IMG/VR virus record: IMGVR_UViG_3300031951_000061
Direction: 5' to 3' (one strand)
Length of the DNA stretch: 64,000 nt
From: an uncultured virus (IMG/VR IMGVR_UViG_3300031951_000061)
Taxonomy: Duplodnaviria; Heunggongvirae; Uroviricota; Caudoviricetes
Made by a program: the position numbers and the translations under genes. The stretch's first letter is position 1, and every line of letters begins with the position of its first letter. Positions 37,026-46,353 of this stretch are shown piece after piece. The notes under the pieces were generated by a model. It made no database searches. It was not told where the DNA came from and was given only the letters and a program-made list of their open reading frames with translations.

Positions 37026-37296
37026 TAAATCCTTTTATTTGTTTTAGCATTTTATCTACTTCTTTTTTGTTTACATTACAGTTAGAGCAAAATCCAGAGT
37101 CATTGTATATTGATAGTTGTTCTCCACAACCACCAAGGCAAAGTCTTTTTTTTCCTTTTCTTTTTTGTCTACGAGTTATTTGATACCTTTCGGCTATCTT
37201 TATCTTAGTTGCGTGCCCTCTACAAACATCTCCACAATAGATTTGATAACTTACTTTTGGTTTAAATGGCGTCTCGCATCTTTCACATAGTCTCAC
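37003..37296 (-). CDS. Cys-rich zinc-binding protein
   Basis: CERC, YCGDVC, CLGGC, FCSNC. Confidence 0.7.
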   Translation of the reverse strand: MRLCERCETPFKPKVSYQIYCGDVCRGHATKIKIAERYQITRRQKRKGKKRLCLGGCGEQLSIYNDSGFCSNCNVNKKEVDKMLKQIKGFIDYEQQW

Positions 37297-38162
37297 ATTA
37301 AGGAATCCTCTTCATCCTTTAATAATACTAGTGGCTTGATTTTTATTGTTCCTGTACCTGCTTCAGCACAGGCTTTTTGAATTGGACATACTTTACAAAT
37401 TTTTGAATTTGAACGATATGGAATTTCTGGCAAATTTTGATCTTGCCAATTCTTATAAACTACTCTCATCCATTCAAAAGCCTGCTCTACCCAATTACGA
37501 TAATGCTCATTTACTACTACAGGCAATGTAAGTAGTTCATGATTATTTTTATTTTCATAAATCATAACGCCTTTACGAATCTTTAAAACCTTCATATACA
37601 TTAACAACTGCATTAGGTGACCCATCTTAGGTCGTCTACTTATTTTTTTGTATTGAAATCCATCGTTTGGCATTGTCTTTATTTCACCAACAAGTCTTTC
37701 ACCCTTATAGTCAAGCATTACATCGCCATATCCATCAAATGGTGGATCATCAGTTTTAACTCTAAACTCCATTGCTGGATGAGTTTGCTTATTATATTTT
37801 CTTGGAAGTGGATCAAATTCCATATCTTCTGCAAGTAATCCAGACGATGCTATTGCCTCTTGAATTCTTTCATGCCCAAGACTTCCTTGTGTTCTATTTG
37901 CTACACCAAAAGCATCTGCATTATCATAAAATATTTGACCCTCAAATGCTAAATGCCAGTACCTTGGGCATTCTCCAGAACCATAAGTTAGGTTAGATGC
38001 AGAAAAATTACTCTTTTTTGTAAACTTTGGTTTTGTTTTAGCAAGATATCCAGAGTTAATTGCATCTACCAAACCTTCAACAAAACTCTCATCCTCTTTA
38101 CTATTTTTAACGTTCTTTTTAGTATCTTTAACCATAATCTGTTTTAATAAATTTTTAGCCAC
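37293..38162 (-). CDS. Cas4-like PD-(D/E)xK exonuclease
   Basis: CPRY, GYGD..GEIKT, QLLMY, C-terminal CKVCPIQKAC. Confidence 0.8.
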   Translation of the reverse strand: MAKNLLKQIMVKDTKKNVKNSKEDESFVEGLVDAINSGYLAKTKPKFTKKSNFSASNLTYGSGECPRYWHLAFEGQIFYDNADAFGVANRTQGSLGHERIQEAIASSGLLAEDMEFDPLPRKYNKQTHPAMEFRVKTDDPPFDGYGDVMLDYKGERLVGEIKTMPNDGFQYKKISRRPKMGHLMQLLMYMKVLKIRKGVMIYENKNNHELLTLPVVVNEHYRNWVEQAFEWMRVVYKNWQDQNLPEIPYRSNSKICKVCPIQKACAEAGTGTIKIKPLVLLKDEEDSLM

Positions 38163-38194
38163 TTTTATCCTTTGTTTGTATTAAGTATAGCAGG

Positions 38195-38509
38195 TTAGCG
38201 CATTATGTATTTAAGCGCTGATACCAAATCGTTAATTGCTTGGGCTGCCGTGAAATATATGTTTTTCTTTGCCCTATCTGACTTATCAACATTGGCCATC
38301 CAAGTTGCTTTAAATGACATTTTTGCAGCAATGGCCTGAAGCCTTACAATCTCCATGCTAGCAACTTGAAGAGGAATATCTGGTTTAATAATAATTTTTG
38401 CAATCATGGTTAGGGCTGTAGTAAGTTCTTCATCTTGCATATAATCTGCGATTTCTGTCAAACCATTTACCATGTCCAAAGTTGTTTTTTGCGGTACCTC
38501 ATTAGTCAT
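38195..38509 (-). CDS. hypothetical protein
   Basis: 104-aa helical ORF in the operon. Confidence 0.7.
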   Translation of the reverse strand: MTNEVPQKTTLDMVNGLTEIADYMQDEELTTALTMIAKIIIKPDIPLQVASMEIVRLQAIAAKMSFKATWMANVDKSDRAKKNIYFTAAQAINDLVSALKYIMR

Positions 38510-38801
38510 TTATTTTCTCCTCTGTTAATTGTTCTAGCATATTCATTTCAATTATAGCAAGTCTTACCTTTGTATTACCTTTTCCAAGTATGACAATAAT
38601 TGCTGGAGATTTATCTCTACCCGCCTGGATTGAGTCAGTAACCACCTTAGCCCAAACATCCTTATTTAAAGTAAATGATTTTTCGGCTTCTTTAAAATCA
38701 ACAACAAAATTTCTCCAAGTAGCATCACCTTTTTTAGTATTACGTCCAGAGTTCTTGTGTTGCTTTGCACCAATTCTTTTAGACTCATTTTTTTCACTCA
38801 T
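38502..38801 (-). CDS. small PD-(D/E)xK nuclease, resolvase-like
   Basis: HKNSGR..KGDA..VVDFK. Confidence 0.6.
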   Translation of the reverse strand: MSEKNESKRIGAKQHKNSGRNTKKGDATWRNFVVDFKEAEKSFTLNKDVWAKVVTDSIQAGRDKSPAIIVILGKGNTKVRLAIIEMNMLEQLTEEKIND

Positions 38802-38979
38802 TTATAAAGTCCTTTTTCTTTCTTTTGGGTGGCACTAATCCAACTTTTGATATATGTTTTTTAGAACACATCCAAGTTGCATCTCCAGTTTCTTTCCAAT
38901 ATCTTAAAGTTGTTACAATTTCTTGACAAGTTTTACAAGGCCACTTACCAGGGTATGTTGAAAATTTAGGTTCAAGCAT
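38794..38979 (-). CDS. small zinc-binding protein
   Basis: CKTC..WMCSKKH. Confidence 0.65.
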   Translation of the reverse strand: MLEPKFSTYPGKWPCKTCQEIVTTLRYWKETGDATWMCSKKHISKVGLVPPKRKKKDFINE

Positions 38980-39985
38980 TAATTATTTTTGCCTTAAGTT
39001 GTTCCTGTAAATCTAAATCTTCTTTGACACGATTAATAAATCCATCACGACCTTGGACCTTAGTCCCATCATCTAATTGATACCATGCACCAGTTCTATT
39101 AACTAAGCCCATCGTTTCAGCAGTATCAACTAAATCTCCTATTGCATCAACACCAAGATCGTCACCTCTAAAATAAAAATCATACTCACCAGATTGGAAA
39201 CCTGGAGAAGTTTTAGAAAACTGTAGTTCCCAACGAATTTTTCTACCAGTTTTTTCTTCAATTAATTTATCTCCTATTTTAATTTTTCCTTTAATTGCTT
39301 GATTGTCTGACTCAGAAGAAAATAATTTTATAACGCAAGATGAATAAAATTTTGTAGCCTGACCACCAGATGGCTGTTGGCTAGTATACATAGCGTTAAT
39401 ATTATTTCTAGATTGAGATATTAAAACTAGTAATGTTGGTTTTACTTTGTTGTTTGCATAATTAAGCATTTTCCAAGCATTGCTAAAGTCTCTAGATTCT
39501 GCACCAATTTGTTTAGTATTTTCAAGAGCCTTCATTTCATCTGAATCTTTTTCAAAATAAATAGCAGGAAGTAAAGAAGTAATTGAGTCAACAACAATTA
39601 AATCAACTCCAGCGTTCATTAATCCAACGCCAACATCTACCATATCGCTAATGGTTCTTGCCTGTGAGTATATTAGTTTAGTTGGATCTACTCCCAACTT
39701 TCGTGCCCAGTCTTCAGAATAAGACATTTCAGAATCAATCCATGCACAAACCTTACCTTCTTTTTGTGCTAAAGCAATCATCTGTAAACACATAGATGAT
39801 TTTGCTGAAGACTTACTTCCCCAAATTAATACCTGTCTACCATATGGCAAGCCTCCACCTAATGCACGGTTTAATCCAAAACTTGGGGTTGGCTGATATT
39901 CAAAGGTAACTCCTTCGCCTGTTCCTAAACGTTTACGTATTCTTGGGTCTAACTGTGATAATACATCTTCTATGCTAACTGACAT
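38972..39985 (-). CDS. recA: RecA-family recombinase
   Basis: GGGLPYGR, GSKSSAKS, WIDSE, IVVDS, SGGQATKFYSS, GAWY. Confidence 0.93.
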   Translation of the reverse strand: MSVSIEDVLSQLDPRIRKRLGTGEGVTFEYQPTPSFGLNRALGGGLPYGRQVLIWGSKSSAKSSMCLQMIALAQKEGKVCAWIDSEMSYSEDWARKLGVDPTKLIYSQARTISDMVDVGVGLMNAGVDLIVVDSITSLLPAIYFEKDSDEMKALENTKQIGAESRDFSNAWKMLNYANNKVKPTLLVLISQSRNNINAMYTSQQPSGGQATKFYSSCVIKLFSSESDNQAIKGKIKIGDKLIEEKTGRKIRWELQFSKTSPGFQSGEYDFYFRGDDLGVDAIGDLVDTAETMGLVNRTGAWYQLDDGTKVQGRDGFINRVKEDLDLQEQLKAKIINA

Positions 39986-42900
39986 TTACATCCTCCATTA
40001 TAACTGTTCCATCTTTGGTTTTACCAAAACTAAATTTATAAGCATTTCCTTCTTGAACATGCATATAGGCTTTTGGAAATGCTGTTGGAAATACTGTGAC
40101 TGAATGCAGATCTCGTGAAGTATCTGCTAGTGTAAGCGAAGCCATCTTTTTACCAGTTTTTGTAATTCTTGATTTAAAAGATACAACAAACATTTCATCT
40201 TCTTTATAAGGAAGTTGTTTATAACTTAAAAACTTAATCAATGCATTTGAAGATCCTTTTATTTCATCCACAGGAACTGCAGACACAATCCTGTTATCAT
40301 TAGCAAGAATAATATAAGTACGACCAGTCTCAATAGTGGTACTTTCATCATCAAATATACCAACAGACCCAGTCTTGTCCAAAATTTCAACTCTTGACCA
40401 TCCCTTTCCTCGTTTAATTGCTTTAGCCATTCCCAATAAAACAAAAGAACCTTTTTCTTCAAAGTCACAAACATCTTGAATAAATGCATAATAGTGTGAA
40501 GGTATTGTTATATTGAACTCTGGAAGATTTAAATACTCATAAATATTTTCTTTAATTTCTGCATCATTTCTAGGATTATCTGGAAAGGTCGCTGCACCAA
40601 TTACCTTTAAAGCATTTAATGCTCTGCTATTTACTCCATTACCCTTTGTAAATGTAAACTCCTCTAACTCTTTATAATTGTTAAATGGTCTTGCATTAAT
40701 ATATTTTTGTGCAATATTATCTGAAATAAACTTAATTCCAGTGAGACCAAAACGAATTCCTTTACCTTCAATTTTAAAATCTAAATCAGAATCATTAATA
40801 TGAGGAAGTTTAATTGAAATTCCCATACGCTTTGCTTCAATCAAATATTCTGTACGACCATCTTTATCTTTTTCATTTTTAAGAAGAGCAAACATAAACT
40901 CAAGCGGATAATAATATTTTAACCACGCCGTCCAATACGAGAGCGTAGAATAAGCAACCGCATGAGACTTGTTGAACGAATAACCCGCATGCGCTTCAAA
41001 GTCATGCCATAGATCAAGGGCTTGATTAGGAGAGATGAACTTGCTCGCCCCAGCAACAAACCTGTCTTGAAAAATATTGAACTCTTTTGCATCTTTCTTT
41101 TTACCAATAATCTTTCTTACTTTGTCTGCCTCTGCCATTGTCATCCCACCAAGATAAACGCAAGCCTGCATAACCTGTTCCTGATATAGAATACACCCAT
41201 ATGTATCATCAGTAAATTCTTTCATAATTTGATGGGTATATGAAACATTTTGTTTACCATGTTTACGAGCAATATAGTCTTTACCAATAGTGTTCATGGC
41301 TCCTGGACGAACAAGGGCATTTGATGCTGCAAGTTCATTAAAGTTTTTTACGCCCATCTTAACTAATAGGTTTGTATATGGTGTTGCTTCACATTGAAAT
41401 ACGCCTTTTGTATACCCGTCTGAAAGCATCTCATAAACTTTAGGATCTGATAAATCTAAAGATAATAAATCTATTTCTTTATAGTGATTTTCTTTTATCA
41501 TTGCAATTGCATCTTGAATTACGCTTAATGTTTTTAAACCAAGCGCATCAATCTTGATAAGACCAATCTTTTCAGCCTCTTCCATGTCAACACCAACCAC
41601 AGGTATGCGATCATCGGATCCAGGAGAAGAGCGAGTTTCCAACGGTGCAAACCTAAAGATTGGATCCTTACTAGTAACCACACCAGCAGCATGAATGCCA
41701 GTACCTCTAATACGACCTCGTAGTTGTTCCCCATAAATTTCTACCTCTGGATATTTCTCTCTAAACCATTCTGTGGTTTTTGATCTACAAAACTCATCCC
41801 AAGTATCAACTAATTTTAAAACCTTGTTAACATCTGTTAATGGAATATCTAATACTCTTGCAACATCTCTTACAACACCTTTATCTTTAAATTCTAAAAA
41901 GGTTGCAATAGAGGCAACGTGTCTATATTGTCTAACTAAATAATCTTTTACTTCGTCACGACGTGTATCTTGAATATCTGTATCAATGTCAGGAAAGTCA
42001 TTACGATCTGGATTAATAAAACGGAAAAACAATAAGCCATGCTCTATTGGATCAATTGTTGTAATACCAAGTAAATAACATACTAAAGAACCAGCAGATG
42101 ATCCACGACCTGGACCAACAAGAATTCCTTCTTTCTTTGCCCAATTAATCATGTTGCTAACTACCAAAAAATAAGGTGCAAACTTTTTATTGCGAATAAT
42201 CTCTAACTCTTCATCAAGTCTTTGTTCATAAACATCATTGCCAATCCAATTGCTATTAAGTCTATACTTTTCAAGTCCTGCAAATGCTAAGTTTGCTAAC
42301 TCTTGATCTGGATTTTTATATTGAACGGGAAGAAGATTTAATCCATCCTGAATGTTATAGTCTTCTACTGTATCTGCTAATAGTAATGTGTTTGAGTATA
42401 TATCTTCTCTATCAATACCTTGCTTTTGCATATCTGCTTTAATTTCTTCATAAGACATTAAATGAATATTAAATTTATTAAATGTTATATTACGATCAGC
42501 CCCGTAAAGATAGTCAAGTCTTTCCATCATATCTTTTTTCTTTTTAGATTTTTCGTATGATGCCTCTTTATCAATTTTTGCATGTGTATTTAAAAGTAAT
42601 TTAAATTCTTGTATCTCTCTTTGAGACGTATCTGAATGATGACAATCTGGAGTTACAACAACCTTTATGTTAAACTCGTCTGCAAGTTCAAGCAAATATT
42701 TATTTATTTCAGGAGTGTTGTGTGGCATTACCTCAATATAGTAATCGCTACCAAAGTTATCTTTAAACCATTTTATGTGTTTTTTAGCAAGAGCAAACTC
42801 TTGTTCTTCTAATGCTTTAACCAAAACGCTACTTGGACAGGCAGACGTTACAATAATACCTTCTTTATATTTTTGCAGTATCTCAAAGTCAAACCTTGGT

Positions 42901-43271
42901 TTTTTAAAGAATCCATCTGTCCATGCAATCTCACTAATTTTATTAAGATTTTCTAAACCTTTTTGGTTCTTGGCTAGAAGAATAATGTGGTTGTAGACAA
43001 GATCTTGTTGACCTTCTCTTTCAGACTTATCTCTTTTATCAGATATGTCTGCACACATGTATCCTTCTAAGCCAAGAATAGGCTTTACGCCTTTTGCTTT
43101 TGCAATTCGGTACAGTTCCCGATGCCCAGATAAGGTTCCGTGATCTGTGATAGCCAATGCTGGCATACCAAGTTCAACTGCTCGGTCTATATATTCTTCT
43201 GGAGTAGCAACACCATCAAATAATGAATAATGAGTGTGTACATGTAAGCCTACATATTTACTATTCATCAT
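39975..43271 (-). CDS. dnaE: DNA polymerase III alpha subunit
   Basis: PHP HVHTHYS/TDHG, GRGSSAGS, PDIDTD, HAAG, KIDALGL, YSFNKSH. Confidence 0.97.
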   Translation of the reverse strand: MMNSKYVGLHVHTHYSLFDGVATPEEYIDRAVELGMPALAITDHGTLSGHRELYRIAKAKGVKPILGLEGYMCADISDKRDKSEREGQQDLVYNHIILLAKNQKGLENLNKISEIAWTDGFFKKPRFDFEILQKYKEGIIVTSACPSSVLVKALEEQEFALAKKHIKWFKDNFGSDYYIEVMPHNTPEINKYLLELADEFNIKVVVTPDCHHSDTSQREIQEFKLLLNTHAKIDKEASYEKSKKKKDMMERLDYLYGADRNITFNKFNIHLMSYEEIKADMQKQGIDREDIYSNTLLLADTVEDYNIQDGLNLLPVQYKNPDQELANLAFAGLEKYRLNSNWIGNDVYEQRLDEELEIIRNKKFAPYFLVVSNMINWAKKEGILVGPGRGSSAGSLVCYLLGITTIDPIEHGLLFFRFINPDRNDFPDIDTDIQDTRRDEVKDYLVRQYRHVASIATFLEFKDKGVVRDVARVLDIPLTDVNKVLKLVDTWDEFCRSKTTEWFREKYPEVEIYGEQLRGRIRGTGIHAAGVVTSKDPIFRFAPLETRSSPGSDDRIPVVGVDMEEAEKIGLIKIDALGLKTLSVIQDAIAMIKENHYKEIDLLSLDLSDPKVYEMLSDGYTKGVFQCEATPYTNLLVKMGVKNFNELAASNALVRPGAMNTIGKDYIARKHGKQNVSYTHQIMKEFTDDTYGCILYQEQVMQACVYLGGMTMAEADKVRKIIGKKKDAKEFNIFQDRFVAGASKFISPNQALDLWHDFEAHAGYSFNKSHAVAYSTLSYWTAWLKYYYPLEFMFALLKNEKDKDGRTEYLIEAKRMGISIKLPHINDSDLDFKIEGKGIRFGLTGIKFISDNIAQKYINARPFNNYKELEEFTFTKGNGVNSRALNALKVIGAATFPDNPRNDAEIKENIYEYLNLPEFNITIPSHYYAFIQDVCDFEEKGSFVLLGMAKAIKRGKGWSRVEILDKTGSVGIFDDESTTIETGRTYIILANDNRIVSAVPVDEIKGSSNALIKFLSYKQLPYKEDEMFVVSFKSRITKTGKKMASLTLADTSRDLHSVTVFPTAFPKAYMHVQEGNAYKFSFGKTKDGTVIMEDVNVS

Positions 43272-44011
43272 TTAAAACTTTTTTTATTCCAATAATTTTT
43301 TTTATATCCACCATAAAAAGTAGAAAAAATATTATTTTTTTGAATTTCTAAAGATTTTAAAATTTTATTTTTATTACTAAGTTTTTTGGTTTCCCATGAT
43401 TCTTTTTTAAAGGGAACTATTTGATACATAGGAGTTCCTTTTGGTATTAATCCAGTAAATCCATCTTTTATAAAAAATCCTACTTTTCCAGGAGAAAAAT
43501 ATCTATCAGAATCAATAATTCCAGATAAACACTTAAATGGTAAGTCGTCTCTATTAAGTGGATGAGTAATTATTGAACTATAACCTTTTGGTAAAATTGG
43601 ATTCCAAACCCTTGGCCAATTAAAAAAAATATCTCCTCTAAAACCAACTGGAACTGGTATTTTACCTAAAAGTTCTAATGGTCTTTCCTGAATAATTGGA
43701 AACTCTGGTTCTGGACTATAGGCATAATGATAAATAACCTTATTGTTTTTATATTCTATAAAAATATCAGACCAAGTTTCTTGTATGTATCCAAAAGAAA
43801 AAGTATCTAAAAATGGCATACACATTTTCATAGTAGTAGAAGGAACCCCATAATTTGAAAAAGATAACTTATTTACATAAGAATTATTTTCAAAATTAAA
43901 AAACGAATGAGATTCCTTATACCATTCTGGAATATATAGTTTTGCTGGTTTTGGCATAGGTATATTATTTTCTACCCTTGCATTAACTGGAACAAAACTA
44001 ATTTTTTTCAA
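43268..44011 (-). CDS. dUTPase-fold-like uncharacterised protein, paralog D
   Basis: PEWY, KMCMPFLD..GY, PKGYSSIITHPLNRDDLPF, SGIIDSD, GTPMYQIVPFKK. Confidence 0.75.
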   Translation of the reverse strand: MKKISFVPVNARVENNIPMPKPAKLYIPEWYKESHSFFNFENNSYVNKLSFSNYGVPSTTMKMCMPFLDTFSFGYIQETWSDIFIEYKNNKVIYHYAYSPEPEFPIIQERPLELLGKIPVPVGFRGDIFFNWPRVWNPILPKGYSSIITHPLNRDDLPFKCLSGIIDSDRYFSPGKVGFFIKDGFTGLIPKGTPMYQIVPFKKESWETKKLSNKNKILKSLEIQKNNIFSTFYGGYKKNYWNKKSFK

Positions 44012-44017
44012 GTATTT

Positions 44018-44674
44018 TTACCAATCTGCATTACTTGATGAAGTTAAAGATGGAGTATCAAACCCTAAATAAAATGCCTCTTGTTCAGCATAAGGAATTT
44101 TCTTTAGTGCTAACTCAAGCGGATAAGGCTTAACTGCTGACCAATCATATGGTTCTGTATCTGGTGCAGATGGAATTAATGTATAACTTGTTTCAGTACC
44201 CTGACCATTACGCTTTAATTTCCAGTTTACATTTGAGATGCTGCCTGTTTCAAGAGCATACTCACGAATTGTATTAAATGCTGATTGCTTGCTAACACCC
44301 ATTGACCAAATAGCGGTATATGGTGCCTCAATGCCGTCGTCTACTAGAACATTGCAGTAAAAACGAAGACGTGCTCTCCAGCCAGCCTTTGGATCTTTAC
44401 GGTGCATTTCTTCTGCCCAGTCACGACCTTCTGTTTCCATTGTGTCTACAGCCTTGCGTTTATAGTCTTTTGGATTTACGTGTTCTTTTACAACAAGTGC
44501 TAACCCTCTTTCGGGATTATAGTTTGCAGAATCTTCATCAAGTTCTTCAATGAATCTGATTTTTGCTGATTGTCCGTCGGCAAGTTTTAACCATCTTACC
44601 TTTGGAGAGTTTTCATCATATTTTGGTTTGTCAACTAGGGCATTAATGTTTTTTAGTCCCTTTACTATAGTCAT
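44018..44674 (-). CDS. single-stranded DNA-binding protein (gp32-like)
   Basis: WLKLADGQSAKIRF, KLKRNGQGTETSYTL; position in the replication operon. Confidence 0.65.
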   Translation of the reverse strand: MTIVKGLKNINALVDKPKYDENSPKVRWLKLADGQSAKIRFIEELDEDSANYNPERGLALVVKEHVNPKDYKRKAVDTMETEGRDWAEEMHRKDPKAGWRARLRFYCNVLVDDGIEAPYTAIWSMGVSKQSAFNTIREYALETGSISNVNWKLKRNGQGTETSYTLIPSAPDTEPYDWSAVKPYPLELALKKIPYAEQEAFYLGFDTPSLTSSSNADW

Positions 44675-44703
44675 ATTATTTTTTTCTCCTTGTATGCTTT
44701 TAT

Positions 44704-45627
44704 CTATTTTAACATGCCGATGATAGAATTGTCAAACTGAAACTCCAATTTTTTAATTGCCTCATCATCCATATCGCCTATATCTTTATATTTTTTATCT
44801 ATATAAACAGAAGTAACAATGGGTCCAAGTTTTTCAATCAACTTGTCTCTCATGATTACTCCTGCATCATCGTTATCTGCAATTAAAACAATACTATTAA
44901 AATATTTTTCTAATAGTCTTATCTGTGCTGCAGAAACATTAGCCCCCAACGTAGCAACGGCAGGGAAACCTACTTGATCCAATCTTATTGCATCAAAAGA
45001 TGATTCTACTACATAAACAATATTTGACGTCTTAATTCTATGTAAATTAAAAAGAATCTTTCCTTTTGGCAAGCCTGGTGTATTTTTAAATTCTTTGCCT
45101 TCAACAGTTCTAGCAACAAACCCTATGCACATTCCGTCTGGAGAATGAATTGGAATAGTTACAGAATCCTGCTTTTCAGAATATCCAAGACTAAATTTAT
45201 CTATTGAGTCTTTAGTGATTTTTCTTCCTTCAAAATATCTAATTGCCCTAGGAGATTCTAATGCTTGATTATTTAATCTTTTAATTAATAACTCGTCATA
45301 TTGAATAAACTCTGGTTTATTTATTAATGTTTTGTTAATAGATTCTTCAATACTTGTTTCTTGTTCTTTGCTTTTAATATATCTAACTGCTTCAAAGTAT
45401 GTTCTATTTGATGTATACATTACAAATTCAATTAAAGTTTTTGTGGTTTGACATCCAAAACAAAAAAACATTCCGTGATCTTTTGACACTTCTCCAGCAG
45501 GAGTTCTATTATTATTGTGATACGGACAAAAAATAATATAATCAGTTCCGTACTCTGCTTCAATATCAATACCAGAGCCAGTTAAGATACGTTTAACTTG
45601 TTCTGCTGTATATGAATCTTTAATCAT
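44704..45627 (-). CDS. dnaG: DNA primase
   Basis: CPYH..CFGC zinc finger; TOPRIM VVESSFD, ADNDDAG. Confidence 0.88.
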   Translation of the reverse strand: MIKDSYTAEQVKRILTGSGIDIEAEYGTDYIIFCPYHNNNRTPAGEVSKDHGMFFCFGCQTTKTLIEFVMYTSNRTYFEAVRYIKSKEQETSIEESINKTLINKPEFIQYDELLIKRLNNQALESPRAIRYFEGRKITKDSIDKFSLGYSEKQDSVTIPIHSPDGMCIGFVARTVEGKEFKNTPGLPKGKILFNLHRIKTSNIVYVVESSFDAIRLDQVGFPAVATLGANVSAAQIRLLEKYFNSIVLIADNDDAGVIMRDKLIEKLGPIVTSVYIDKKYKDIGDMDDEAIKKLEFQFDNSIIGMLK

Positions 45628-46353
45628 TTACGTATACTTTTTTCTAGTCCAAATTTTATTTTTATAAGTTCTTGCAAAATTTAATTTAATAAAATTATCA
45701 TAAAATATAGTTGTTTCATTTTTAAATGATTTTTTTTCTGATTTCCAATTATTTCTTTTAAAAGGCATAATTTGTGCAATTGGAGTTCCTTCTTGAATTA
45801 TACCTTCAAAACCCTTTTTAACAAAAAATGGCAATAACAATTTATTAGGGTGTTTGTCTGCATCAACTATTGCACTTAATGTAAAAAATGGCAAATCATG
45901 TCTATGTAATGGATGTGTAATAAATAAACTATATCCATTTGGAGTTGTTACTTTCCAATCATTCATCCATCTAAAAGATTCCGAACTAAATCCTACTGGT
46001 ATTGGATAGTTTGCAACTGCCTCTGGTGGCTGCAAATCAACAACTTCAAAAGTTGTTTTCCAGTTAATATATGGAACATAGTGTGTTTCATTTCCAACAT
46101 TTTCTATAAGTATATCTGCTGGGCTTAACATCATATATCCACTAGTTATGCTGTCTGTTATTGGAACACACATTTTATATGTACTAAAATTATTTCTTTT
46201 TTTATGTGCTTTTAATATATTGTTTTCATCATTTGAGTAATTTTTTTGTTTTTTAAACCATTCAGGCACAACATTAGTTGCAGGAGTTGGTGGACTTAAT
46301 AAAATTTCTGAATGTTGGCTTGATGCTTCAAAAATAATTTTTTTATTTTTCAT
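45628..46353 (-). CDS. dUTPase-fold-like uncharacterised protein, paralog E
   Basis: PEWF, KMCVPITD..SGY, PNGYSLFITHPLHRHDLPF, SAIVDAD, GTPIAQIMPFKR. Confidence 0.75.
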   Translation of the reverse strand: MKNKKIIFEASSQHSEILLSPPTPATNVVPEWFKKQKNYSNDENNILKAHKKRNNFSTYKMCVPITDSITSGYMMLSPADILIENVGNETHYVPYINWKTTFEVVDLQPPEAVANYPIPVGFSSESFRWMNDWKVTTPNGYSLFITHPLHRHDLPFFTLSAIVDADKHPNKLLLPFFVKKGFEGIIQEGTPIAQIMPFKRNNWKSEKKSFKNETTIFYDNFIKLNFARTYKNKIWTRKKYT

